Below are positions 19,237-28,384 of a DNA stretch of 36,237 bases, in pieces; the first letter of the stretch is position 1, and each line of letters begins with the position of its first letter. The translations under genes were made by a program, and so were the position numbers. The stretch comes from Candidatus Babeliales bacterium (GTDB taxonomy: Bacteria; Babelota; Babeliae; Babelales; Vermiphilaceae), in assembly GCA_044451405.1 (NCBI GenBank), contig JBIOKB010000006.1, forward strand, positions 1 through 36,237, in the 5' to 3' direction. The notes under the pieces are model-generated. The model saw nothing but the letters and a program-made list of their open reading frames with translations. It was not told the origin of the DNA and made no database searches.

Positions 19237-19404
19237 AGTATTGGTGCGGACAGGTCAGCACGTCATTTTTACATATCAAGCCACTATTCTAAGTAATTTT
19301 TTAAAAACTACTACTCCCTACGCTTTCAATTTCTTGCACTATCGCTATAATACAAAAATATAGATATTTATTTTTCATCATTTAATCACAGTTGAATTTC
19401 CATC

Positions 19405-20949
19405 ATGCATGCAAAACTTTGTTCCGCAACAACTATTGGCGTTGATGCTCATCCAGTGGATGTAGAAGTTGACGTTTCTCCTGGGCTCGTAAATTTTTAT
19501 ATTGTTGGTCTTCCTGATACTGCTATTAAAGAAAGCAGCAAGCGTATTTGGACCGCACTTAAAAACACCGGATTTAGATTACAAGCAAAAAAAATCACGG
19601 TTAATTTAGCTCCTGCTGATTTAAAAAAAGAGGGAACACTCTTTGATTTGCCTATTGCACTGGGCATTTTATTAGCAAGCCAACAACTTGAAGTTCCCGC
19701 CTCTTTTTTAGATGAGACCCTATTTTTAGGAGAACTTTCTCTTGATGGGAGCATTAAATTTATTAAAGGCGCTCTTGCTATTGCCTATGATGCACAACGG
19801 TTACATAAAAAACGTATTGTTGTACCACAAGCAAATGCGTATGAAGCATCGTTAATTGAAGGGCTTGAAGTCATTGGCGTTACACACCTTACTGAACTGG
19901 TTGCCTATCTACGCAAAGAGTTGGTTATTAACCCCACACCTCATACATTCACCCATGTTTTAGAATCACCAGAACTATCTGGGGTTGATTTTTCCCATGT
20001 TAAAGGACAAATGCAGGCAAAGCGTGCCTTGCAAGTATGCGCAGCAGGAAGACATAATATCCTCTTTATTGGGCCTCCAGGATCAGGTAAAACAATGCTT
20101 GCAAAGCGGCTACCAAGCATTATGCCTCCTATGACGTTTGATGAAGTACTTGAAACGAGCAAAATTTATTCTATTAGCGGCAAATTAACAACAACACCGC
20201 TCATTGGACAACGGCCGTTTAGAGATCCGCATCATACCATATCCCAGGCAGGATTAGTGGGTGGTGGTTCGTTTCCCCAACCGGGAGAAATTAGCCTTGC
20301 CCATAATGGGATTTTATTTCTAGATGAGTTAACTGAATTTAAGCGGACAACGCTTGAAGTATTGCGCCAACCATTAGAAAATAAAATGGTGTCCATTTCA
20401 CGCGCTGCACAATCAGTAACCTTTCCTGCATCATTTTTACTCGTTGCGGCCTTAAATCCATGTCCGTGTGGATTTTTAGGTGATAAAAAACGGGTATGTT
20501 TGTGTAATCAGCATCAGATTGATCGTTATTTGGAAAAATTATCAGGGCCGTTACTTGATCGTATTGATATTCAAATTAATGTACAAGCAGTTGATTATGA
20601 TACGGTAAAAACAATTACACCCGATACGCAAAGCTCTACTTCCTTACAGGAACGTATTAATAGAGCAGTAGCACTCCAACATGCGCGCTTTGGCACCTCA
20701 ACTATGTGGAATGCGTATATGACACCGGATCTTCTTGAAACGCACTGCAAGCTCACGCCAGCTGCAGAGCCTATTATGAAAAAAGCGTTTGATAAACTTA
20801 ATTTAAGCATGCGCGGCTACCACAAAGTATTAAAAGTTGCGCGCACCATTGCTGATTTGGATGAACAGGATCTCATTGATGTTCCTCATATCCAAGAAGC
20901 AATTATGTATCGCTCCCTTGATCAAACTCTTGAAAAACAACACTCATGA
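19405..20949 (+). CDS. comM: YifB/ComM family Mg-chelatase-like AAA+ ATPase
   Basis: IVGLPD, ITVNLAPADLKKEG, GPPGSGKT, PFRDPHHT, LFLDE, NPCPCG, SGPLLDRID. Confidence 0.93.
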   Translation: MHAKLCSATTIGVDAHPVDVEVDVSPGLVNFYIVGLPDTAIKESSKRIWTALKNTGFRLQAKKITVNLAPADLKKEGTLFDLPIALGILLASQQLEVPASFLDETLFLGELSLDGSIKFIKGALAIAYDAQRLHKKRIVVPQANAYEASLIEGLEVIGVTHLTELVAYLRKELVINPTPHTFTHVLESPELSGVDFSHVKGQMQAKRALQVCAAGRHNILFIGPPGSGKTMLAKRLPSIMPPMTFDEVLETSKIYSISGKLTTTPLIGQRPFRDPHHTISQAGLVGGGSFPQPGEISLAHNGILFLDELTEFKRTTLEVLRQPLENKMVSISRAAQSVTFPASFLLVAALNPCPCGFLGDKKRVCLCNQHQIDRYLEKLSGPLLDRIDIQINVQAVDYDTVKTITPDTQSSTSLQERINRAVALQHARFGTSTMWNAYMTPDLLETHCKLTPAAEPIMKKAFDKLNLSMRGYHKVLKVARTIADLDEQDLIDVPHIQEAIMYRSLDQTLEKQHS

Positions 20950-21368
20950 TACGGGGCGTTGGCATTGATTCAGTTGAATTAGCACGATGTGCCATCTGGC
21001 AACACTATGCAGCACAACAACTAACACGCATTTTTTCTTCCGCTGAAATTGCTTACTGTTTTGATCATGCACCAAGTACCATTCAACGCCTTGCCGCCCG
21101 CTTTGCGGTAAAAGAAGCTGCTTATAAAGCAGTATGCGCTGCATATCCAGATACACACATCCCTTTTTTAACATTGTGTAAAGCAGTTGAACTTGTTCAA
21201 GTTCCTCACCATGCACCAACGCTTTATATTAACTGGTCTTGCTTGCAGCAATACAATACAAATATTACGGCTCTTGTGTGCCACGTATCCGTTACTCATA
21301 CACTTATATATGCTACAGCAGTGGTTATATTGGAAGATCCACCCACCCGCTTGAAACTTCATCTTTAA
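20946..21368 (+). CDS. acpS: Holo-[acyl-carrier-protein] synthase
   Basis: GVGIDSV, LAARFAVKEAAYKA, VSVTH; ATGA overlap with upstream gene. Confidence 0.92.
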   Translation: MIRGVGIDSVELARCAIWQHYAAQQLTRIFSSAEIAYCFDHAPSTIQRLAARFAVKEAAYKAVCAAYPDTHIPFLTLCKAVELVQVPHHAPTLYINWSCLQQYNTNITALVCHVSVTHTLIYATAVVILEDPPTRLKLHL

Positions 21369-21381
21369 CTCTAACTTTTAT

Positions 21382-21409
21382 TTGACAAAGCCTCAAAAGA
21401 CTTTAATCT
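21382..21409 (+). promoter_or_regulatory. Putative promoter for tRNA-fMet
   Basis: TTGACA-N16-TAATCT. Confidence 0.45.
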
Positions 21410-21462
21410 GGTAAAACTATTCATCTTAAAATCTGAATATTATAATTTCTCATCGAATATAT

Positions 21463-21539
<77 letters not shown>

Positions 21540-21568
21540 ATCTATGCCTTTTCTCCCCCTCCTACCTC

Positions 21569-21596
21569 TTGACTTCTCCCTTCTTATTGTTACTAT
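21569..21596 (+). promoter_or_regulatory. Putative extended -10 promoter of the ankyrin-MYND gene
   Basis: TTGACT-N16-TACTAT with TG upstream of the -10; near copy at 23671-23704. Confidence 0.55.
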
Positions 21597-21638
21597 TAGT
21601 AAATAATAAGCTAAAAATCTTTAGAAATGGAGAAAACT

Positions 21639-23066
21639 ATGAATACGACCCCTATTAAAAACACCCTATATGCCCTCATGATACTCATGAGTACTGTGGC
21701 ACTATCTATGCGTGGAGCAGAGGCAGAACAAAAAGAAAAAGCTGCTCAGACTCTTTCAAAAAAAGAAGTGTATGCCGCTGTAGATGCAATCAAGCCCGAA
21801 ACTAAAAATGCGATAAAAGCTTTTAACAAAAATCCTACCGATTCTTTTGGTGATAATAATGAGGCAAATAAAGCATTAGATAAAATACACAGAGCTTTAA
21901 ATGTTGCTTTAGATGAGTTTGATGTTCCTAAAATTAAAGAACTTGTTGATTTTGGTCTAGTAGCTCAATTAACACTAGATTTGGAAGTGACACTAATTTT
22001 AAGAACAGCGCTACACGAGAAAGAATTTAAGAAAGCTCAACAAATCATCGAATCTGGTCTTGCCAAAGAAATCCATATAAATAGTGAATTGAAAATGTGC
22101 ATATATAAGCAAAATGTAGATGCCGTTGAATTCCTATTAACCCATGGTGAGGGAGATGTAAACAGTCCCTTTTACGATGAACAACCTCCATTAATTTACA
22201 GCCTTGTGAATCTACACATTCCTACACTTAAAGTAATCCTAAAACATAATCCTACCCTCAATGTGGTGAGCAATATTGGTGATTCGCCTCTGATACACCC
22301 CATACTTTCAATACTTACTGAAAATAGAGATCTAGCAGAAGATCTAAAAGCAGCTCAGCTTTTATTAGATGCAGGATGCACAGATCTCGTGGTTGGCAAA
22401 AAACCATATGATACCCTTGTCGCACTGCTTGACAATTTAGCGCCTATATCAAAAAATTCTTCTCTCAACTTACCTACAACAATGGCAAAGGCCGCCATCT
22501 TCGACCTTTTCCGTGAACACGCACTTAAACAAAAATCATTGAATCAACAATTGATAGCAAGAATAGATGAAGGTGACGCAGAGGCTGTTGCAGATGTATT
22601 AAGCAGAGGTGCTGACGTAAATCACCGCATAGATGAGTATGATAAAACTCCCTTAGGTTGTGATAGCAATACTCCTTTATTGCGCGCTATTCTTACCGGA
22701 GATGTTCCTACCGTTCGAGTAATATTAGAACACAAACCAAAGCTGGATGTTCTTTCTGGTGATGGTAATTCACCCATATGTCATGCGGTCGTTCATCTTA
22801 AGAAAGATAACGAAAAATTAGCTCGGAAAATGATTCGAGTCCTAGCAAACGCAGGATGTAGAAATATAACAGGGCAACACCTAAGGTACTCTGTACTCGA
22901 GAAATTTCTTGATGACTTTAGACCGGCATGCAATACGTGTTTTAAAGAAGAAACTGCAATCCGCAAACTACTGCAATGTTCACAGTGTAAGACAACATAC
23001 TATTGCTCGCGAGAATGTCAGACACAAGATTGGCCAGAACATAAAGATGAATGTAAGAAGTCTTAA
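21639..23066 (+). CDS. Secreted ankyrin-repeat protein with C-terminal MYND zinc finger
   Basis: Signal peptide; ankyrin motifs (VEFLLTHG, GADVN, TPLLRA, GNSPI); CxxC...CSQCKTTYYCSRECQTQDWPEHKDEC; ATG 21639 after GGAG preferred over 21627. Confidence 0.9.
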   Translation: MNTTPIKNTLYALMILMSTVALSMRGAEAEQKEKAAQTLSKKEVYAAVDAIKPETKNAIKAFNKNPTDSFGDNNEANKALDKIHRALNVALDEFDVPKIKELVDFGLVAQLTLDLEVTLILRTALHEKEFKKAQQIIESGLAKEIHINSELKMCIYKQNVDAVEFLLTHGEGDVNSPFYDEQPPLIYSLVNLHIPTLKVILKHNPTLNVVSNIGDSPLIHPILSILTENRDLAEDLKAAQLLLDAGCTDLVVGKKPYDTLVALLDNLAPISKNSSLNLPTTMAKAAIFDLFREHALKQKSLNQQLIARIDEGDAEAVADVLSRGADVNHRIDEYDKTPLGCDSNTPLLRAILTGDVPTVRVILEHKPKLDVLSGDGNSPICHAVVHLKKDNEKLARKMIRVLANAGCRNITGQHLRYSVLEKFLDDFRPACNTCFKEETAIRKLLQCSQCKTTYYCSRECQTQDWPEHKDECKKS

Positions 23067-23085
23067 TTGATACAGCAGTTACTAG

Positions 23086-23499
23086 TTATTGTTTAATAGT
23101 AGCAGCTGCCTTTATAAACACCTTTTTAGCATTATCATACGTTAATCGTTCAAGCGCTTGTTCATATGGCAGCCACGCAGATCCTTGATGTTCATGGGAT
23201 AACGTGACCTGTTTACTCATGCTTTGACCAATAAAAAAATCAACCGTCTTTTGAACGGTTTGCCCATCAAAACTTTTAAAAAAATAGGTAATACTTTCAC
23301 GAAAATGGGAATTTAAAACTGCATCAAGGCCCGTTTCTTCTTTAAGCTCACGGAGTGCTGCCTCTGTTTCAGTTTCATCTTTTTCTAATTTTCCTTTAGG
23401 AAATTCCCAATGCCCAGAGGGGTAGTGCAATAACAGATACTCTGTGTTCCCATGGCTCTGGTAATATATAATTATGCCCGCTGAATGAACTGTCTTCAT
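23086..23499 (-). CDS. Nudix hydrolase, asymmetrical bis(5'-nucleosyl)-tetraphosphatase type
   Basis: SAGIII, YLLLHY.SGHWEFPKG, Nudix box GKLEKDETETEAALRELKEETGL, LSHEH. Confidence 0.9.
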   Translation of the reverse strand: MKTVHSAGIIIYYQSHGNTEYLLLHYPSGHWEFPKGKLEKDETETEAALRELKEETGLDAVLNSHFRESITYFFKSFDGQTVQKTVDFFIGQSMSKQVTLSHEHQGSAWLPYEQALERLTYDNAKKVFIKAAATIKQ

Positions 23500-23615
23500 G
23501 TTCTACCTTTGTAATAAACCATACAGTTGTTGCATGTAAAAGAAGTATCAGCGTACCTGAGGGCAATATGAATGTAAAAAAGAAATGGGGAGCGATAAGT
23601 AGGGTTAGATTTCAG

Positions 23616-23664
23616 GCCCTACTTCGCTTATCCATGCCTACCAGCTTGGCAAGCTTCGAAGGGC
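23616..23664. repeat. Dispersed multi-stem palindromic element, copy D
   Basis: gccctacttcgcttatccatgcctaccagcttggcaagcttcgaagggc. Confidence 0.85.
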
Positions 23665-23670
23665 ATGCTT

Positions 23671-23699
23671 TTGACCTTATTCCTTATTATTGTTACGGT
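23671..23699 (+). promoter_or_regulatory. Putative extended -10 promoter of the phosphatase gene
   Basis: TTGACC-N17-TACGGT with TG; closely similar to 21569-21601. Confidence 0.5.
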
Positions 23700-23737
23700 T
23701 AGTACTAGTAATCCCAAACCTCATAAATGGAGCTGTC

Positions 23738-25222
23738 ATGGTGAAATTACTCATAAAACCGTTACTGGCGATCATGCTTATTAATACTTCTATACCTATT
23801 CATACGGCCTCGTCGGGGTATGCTACCCCTCATCAAGCCTCTTGGTTCAGCTCCTCTAAAAATTTTTGGACCTGGCGTACTGCATCTTTGGCGATAGGGT
23901 TATCGCTTATAGGGGCCTACGGGTTATATCGTTGGTATACAAAAATCACCCCTCCTTCATTTACTGAATGGAAGCAAGCCTGCGACAAACTCCCTTATTT
24001 CAAACAAAATCCGTACAATGTTGCCCACACTATGATCAAAGGCTTTACGCACGATGAATTCGAACGAACTCTTGATCAATTTAGTCAGATGATGGCTACA
24101 AGTAGTTTAAGTGATCACGATGCATGGCTTAAGGGATGTGCTGCGCCACAAAAATCATTCTTTAATCTTGCTCACAATGAAAATCGTAATCCCTATGTTC
24201 AAAAGTATGAATGCCCTCAAGGTTCAACTTTTATTCTCCATGGTGATTTACATGGCGACGTCCATTCATTGGTCACTGCAGTTGCAGATTATATAGAACC
24301 ATCACAAGGATTTAGATTAAAACCAGGAATATCTATGATTTTCTTAGGTGATTATGTTGATAAAGGATTATATGGTTGTGAATGTATCTATACACTCATG
24401 CGCCTTAAGCTTGATAATCCTGATCGCGTCTTTTTGCTCCGCGGCAACCATGAAACACGTCTTATATCTTCTGCATACGGCTTTAAACTTGAGCTAGAAC
24501 AAAAAAGGTTTAATGAACACATTATTGATAAAGTATTTCGTTTTTACAACCTACTACCAGTAGCGTTGTATCTTGGATCAAACAATTCATTTGTGCAATG
24601 TTGCCATGGCGGATTTGAAGTAGGATTCAATGCAGGGCCTTTGCTCAACGCACAAGAGCCACAACAATTTCAGTGGGTAGATGAACAATCGTGTAACCGC
24701 CAAGAAGTTGCAAACAAACTTAATATTTCTCACTGCTGTTCATCTTATTTACAAAGTAATCCTAATGACGAAAATGAGTCAGGATTCATGTGGAGTGATT
24801 TTATTGTAGATAAAGAAAAAGAAACATTTTATTTTAATGGTCGCGGCTTAAATTTTAGCCACAAGACCACTGATGATCTTCTAAAACTTACTAATAATAC
24901 GCGCGGTCCCAAAAAATTACGTGGCGTATTACGTGCTCATCAACATTCTCCTATGCTTGATCCTATGATGCGATTGATACTTGATCACGATAAACTTGAT
25001 CCCGAAAATAAAGGTGTCGCTAAATTGTGGCGTGATAATCCTAAAAAAGGTACCCGTTTGTGGCATGGCATCGTCGTAACCTTTAACGTAAGCCCTGATA
25101 CTCCCTATGGTAATCCTGGTTTTGATTGGCCAGGGTATGATTTTGATACCATAGGAACATTGAAGATTAACGGTCCTTTTGAACGATGGACGCTTGATAT
25201 AACACGAAAAATTATAGGTTAA
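23738..25222 (+). CDS. Secreted PPP-family Ser/Thr protein phosphatase with membrane helix after the signal peptide
   Basis: GDLHG, GDYVDKG, LLRGNHE, CHGG, WSD, RAHQ; ATG at 23738 after GGAG. Confidence 0.9.
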   Translation: MVKLLIKPLLAIMLINTSIPIHTASSGYATPHQASWFSSSKNFWTWRTASLAIGLSLIGAYGLYRWYTKITPPSFTEWKQACDKLPYFKQNPYNVAHTMIKGFTHDEFERTLDQFSQMMATSSLSDHDAWLKGCAAPQKSFFNLAHNENRNPYVQKYECPQGSTFILHGDLHGDVHSLVTAVADYIEPSQGFRLKPGISMIFLGDYVDKGLYGCECIYTLMRLKLDNPDRVFLLRGNHETRLISSAYGFKLELEQKRFNEHIIDKVFRFYNLLPVALYLGSNNSFVQCCHGGFEVGFNAGPLLNAQEPQQFQWVDEQSCNRQEVANKLNISHCCSSYLQSNPNDENESGFMWSDFIVDKEKETFYFNGRGLNFSHKTTDDLLKLTNNTRGPKKLRGVLRAHQHSPMLDPMMRLILDHDKLDPENKGVAKLWRDNPKKGTRLWHGIVVTFNVSPDTPYGNPGFDWPGYDFDTIGTLKINGPFERWTLDITRKIIG

Positions 25223-25236
25223 TTTTTACAAAAAAG

Positions 25237-25272
25237 CAGGCCTTACGATCCACGTTGGTATCGTAAGGCCTG
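25237..25272. terminator. Probable terminator hairpin between convergent genes
   Basis: 13-bp IR caggccttacgat/atcgtaaggcctg with A-run on the left and T-rich tail on the right. Confidence 0.75.
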
Positions 25273-25306
25273 TCATATTTTAATCAGTGAAAATTAAAGC
25301 TGTAAA

Positions 25307-25669
25307 CTATTCTCCACTTTTTTGCACAGCTAGCTGTTGTGCTTGAGCCTCTTCAACTTTGCACACTTGCCCTTTTTGTGCAGCCTCAATCAATCTCATA
25401 ACACTTAGACTCTCATCAATTTTACGTTGCTCTGTGCTTGCAATAGCTTTAAATTTTCCGTCTATTTTAGATTTTATATCAAGCAAGCGCTTAATATGTT
25501 TAGGCTCAAGAGAATAATGATCTAAAGTAAATTCACAATTGCTCAAATTTATAGTGCGTGGCGACATTGGTTCATATAACTTTCTACTTGCTTTACTTTT
25601 TTCACTCGCATATGCACTGCATCCAACTATTCCCGCAAGAACAAGCACCAGACCATTAAGCTTTTTCAT
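25307..25669 (-). CDS. Small hypothetical secreted protein
   Basis: ATG at 25669 after AAGGAG; signal peptide MKKLNGLVLVLAGIVGCSAYA. Confidence 0.7.
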   Translation of the reverse strand: MKKLNGLVLVLAGIVGCSAYASEKSKASRKLYEPMSPRTINLSNCEFTLDHYSLEPKHIKRLLDIKSKIDGKFKAIASTEQRKIDESLSVMRLIEAAQKGQVCKVEEAQAQQLAVQKSGE

Positions 25670-25734
25670 AAAAACTCCTTGAAATAAGCAGTGATGAAAT
25701 AATAACGGCGTGTAATATAGCACGGATCTAACGT

Positions 25735-27366
25735 CTAATCCAGGAAATAGAGCTGCACCTTAAACCACTTGCGTGTGTAGAAAATAATAAGAAAGCTTAA
25801 CCCGCACAATGGCCCAACCCAGAACCAAAACCCAAGACTATTCAAAAAAAAGTGGGTTAAAGAAGATGAAAATAAAGAAGAAATAAGCCACGAAATGCCA
25901 TAATATACCCCCACCATCGGCAGCAGTATCACGAAAAGTTGGAGGCAATAGGTACGCGCAAAATCCATGAAGGGGTATGCATAGATCTTAAAATCAAAAT
26001 GAATACGCAAAAAGAGAAGTAACAACATAGTTTGCATTAATCCTGCAAGTGATGTTGCAAGTGCCAAGCCGGTCCCCTGATAATAATTCATTAACAATGC
26101 ATTAAACCCAATGTTAACCAGCGTACTTGCAAACGCTATAAGCGCGGGCGTGCGGGTATTATGTAATGCATAATAAACGCCGAGTAAAATCTTATTTAAA
26201 GAGAAGAAAAAGAGGCCAAGTAAAAAAGCAATGAGTATATGACCAGCCTCATGTGCTTGGATTTCAGTAAATTTTGAAAAAAGTGTATGGAAGATGTTGC
26301 CTGCAAAAAAGCTCATCATGATAACTACGGGAACGGTAACCCAAAAAACAAATTTTGCTGCTTCCAGCATATAAAAGCTTAACCGCTGCGGTGCATAGGT
26401 ACTAATTCGGGAAAAATGGGGCAACAAAATAGTTGAAAAGGCAACGGCAAACACACCCAAAGCAATCCCCATAAATCTATTTGCTAAATAAATAAGGGTG
26501 ATGGATCCTGCAGGTAAGTATGAAGCAAAACTGGTATCAATAAATAAACTAATTTCCATAAGACTCATGCTCAGTAAGCAGGGGAAAAATTTGATAAGCA
26601 CCTGCCTAAAATAAACCTCTGCTTGAGCATCATATGCGGTTGAAAATCCAAAACCGAGTTTACAATAAACCCAGAGGTGCATAAGAAATTGCACCAAACC
26701 ACCTAATAAAATAAACACACATAACACAACTGGTGAATAGCCACCAAGCCATCCAATAAGCACACCGGCAATAAAAAAGAGATTTAATAAAATAGGTGAA
26801 AATGCAGGAACAAAAAAATGATTCACTGCCTGCAGTACACTTGCTAAGAGTGCACTACTGGAAATAAACACGATAAATGCAATTAAAATGCGTAAAAACA
26901 GTACGGCGGTAGCAACTTGAGGTAGTGCTTCTCCCAGCCCAAGCCATGCAGCTGGTATGGGAAATCCACAAAAAGAGACGCTCTCATGCCCTATAAACCA
27001 ACCCGGCATAATACCACGAATAACCCCTTGTGCTTGCCAAAAAATAAGGGCACACACCGCAATTAAAATACCTTCAATCACTACAAAAGAACGGGTCATA
27101 AACGCATTAGCATGCTCTTTATCCCCCGATTTCATCATGGTCACAATGGTGGGAACAAATGAAGCAGATAATGCTCCTTCAGCAAAAATTTTACGTAATG
27201 AGTTAGGAATTTTAAATGCGGTGATAAACGCATCAAGAAGAGCTGAAGCTCCCAAATAATTGCCCAGCAACACCTCACGCGCTACGCCTAATAAGCGACT
27301 TATTGCAGTACTGCCACCAACTTGAAGTGTTTTGGTAAGAATTGATTTTTTATGAAGGGTGCTCAT
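25735..27366 (-). CDS. murJ: Lipid II flippase MurJ (MviN)
   Basis: SRLLGVARE, DAFITAFKIPNSLRKIFAEGALSASFVP, LANRF, many TM helices. Confidence 0.95.
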   Translation of the reverse strand: MSTLHKKSILTKTLQVGGSTAISRLLGVAREVLLGNYLGASALLDAFITAFKIPNSLRKIFAEGALSASFVPTIVTMMKSGDKEHANAFMTRSFVVIEGILIAVCALIFWQAQGVIRGIMPGWFIGHESVSFCGFPIPAAWLGLGEALPQVATAVLFLRILIAFIVFISSSALLASVLQAVNHFFVPAFSPILLNLFFIAGVLIGWLGGYSPVVLCVFILLGGLVQFLMHLWVYCKLGFGFSTAYDAQAEVYFRQVLIKFFPCLLSMSLMEISLFIDTSFASYLPAGSITLIYLANRFMGIALGVFAVAFSTILLPHFSRISTYAPQRLSFYMLEAAKFVFWVTVPVVIMMSFFAGNIFHTLFSKFTEIQAHEAGHILIAFLLGLFFFSLNKILLGVYYALHNTRTPALIAFASTLVNIGFNALLMNYYQGTGLALATSLAGLMQTMLLLLFLRIHFDFKIYAYPFMDFARTYCLQLFVILLPMVGVYYGISWLISSLFSSSLTHFFLNSLGFWFWVGPLCGLSFLIIFYTRKWFKVQLYFLD

Positions 27367-27421
27367 GGGGATCTCTTATTAAAATTTTTATATGTAGTTT
27401 AATAAAAAAAGAGTCGCTTAG

Positions 27422-28168
27422 CTAACGAACCTGCGTAAGATGGCCATTATGTAAATGTAAAACATGCTGCATGGCATCGGCAACATACGCATCATGGGAA
27501 CTAATAATCATCCCCATGCCCCATTCCTGCTGACACTCCAATAAAAAATCAATAATGCTGTGTGCAGTACGCTCATCTAAATTCCCCGTTGGTTCATCAG
27601 CCAAAAGAAACGCTGGCTTATTAAACAGCGCGCGTGCAATAGCAACTCGCTGCTGTTGCCCTCCTGACAAACTTAAAGGATTACGTGCAGCTTTTTCTTG
27701 CAATCCAATACGGGCAAGCAATTGCTGTGCTTTTTCAATACACATATCATGCGCTTGCCCTGCAATAATTCCTTTGAGCATCACATTTTCTAGAACTGAA
27801 AGTTCTGCAATAAGATAAGGAAGCTGAAACACTAATCCAAAAGACTGATTTAATAGGTGCGTGCGTTTTTGCTCATCCAAGGTATTAAGCAGCTCATTAT
27901 TAAAATAAATATTTCCCGTGGTAGGCGTATCAAGGCCAGCAAGAAGATACAGTAGCGTTGATTTACCTGACCCTGAAGCACCAGTTATAGCGTAGGTCCC
28001 ACCTTGGGTAAAAAGAGCGTTCACATCAGTAAGCACGTAGGTAGCAGTTTCCCCCTGCTTAAACTGTTTACTTACGTGCTCAATACGTAGCTCTCCTTTT
28101 ACCCTACTACGTTTATCCGGGCCTCCGGGCTCGGCAAACTTCGAAGGGCTGTCGTCAAATCTTTTCAT
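27422..28168 (-). CDS. ABC transporter ATP-binding protein, LolD/FtsE-like
   Basis: GASGSGKSTLL, VFQ, LSGGQQQRVAIARAL, LADEPTGNLD, SSHD. Confidence 0.9.
   Translation of the reverse strand: MKRFDDSPSKFAEPGGPDKRSRVKGELRIEHVSKQFKQGETATYVLTDVNALFTQGGTYAITGASGSGKSTLLYLLAGLDTPTTGNIYFNNELLNTLDEQKRTHLLNQSFGLVFQLPYLIAELSVLENVMLKGIIAGQAHDMCIEKAQQLLARIGLQEKAARNPLSLSGGQQQRVAIARALFNKPAFLLADEPTGNLDERTAHSIIDFLLECQQEWGMGMIISSHDAYVADAMQHVLHLHNGHLTQVR
28102..28148. repeat. Dispersed multi-stem palindromic element, copy E, in frame within the ABC ATPase N-terminus
   Basis: ccctactacgtttatccgggcctccgggctcggcaaacttcgaaggg; encodes PSKFAEPGGPDKRSRV on the minus strand. Confidence 0.88.
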
Positions 28169-28384
28169 TGTGTTCCTAACAGACTCTCATCAATAATCCC
28201 TTAATACCTAGCTCATCACAATATCGTTTACAAAAAGAATTTTTACTGCCACGTACAGATAAGTATTGTTTTTAAAAAAAGGCATACCGTAAACTTGATG
28301 ATAAGGGATATCACATGCAAAGACAAATGCATGCACTATACACACCATGCTCATGACAATACATAAAAACTTTAGGGGGAGGCT

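Noticed and set aside
19244-19261. gcggacagg, similar to the end of the dispersed element
   Set aside because: Match is too short and the inner stems are absent
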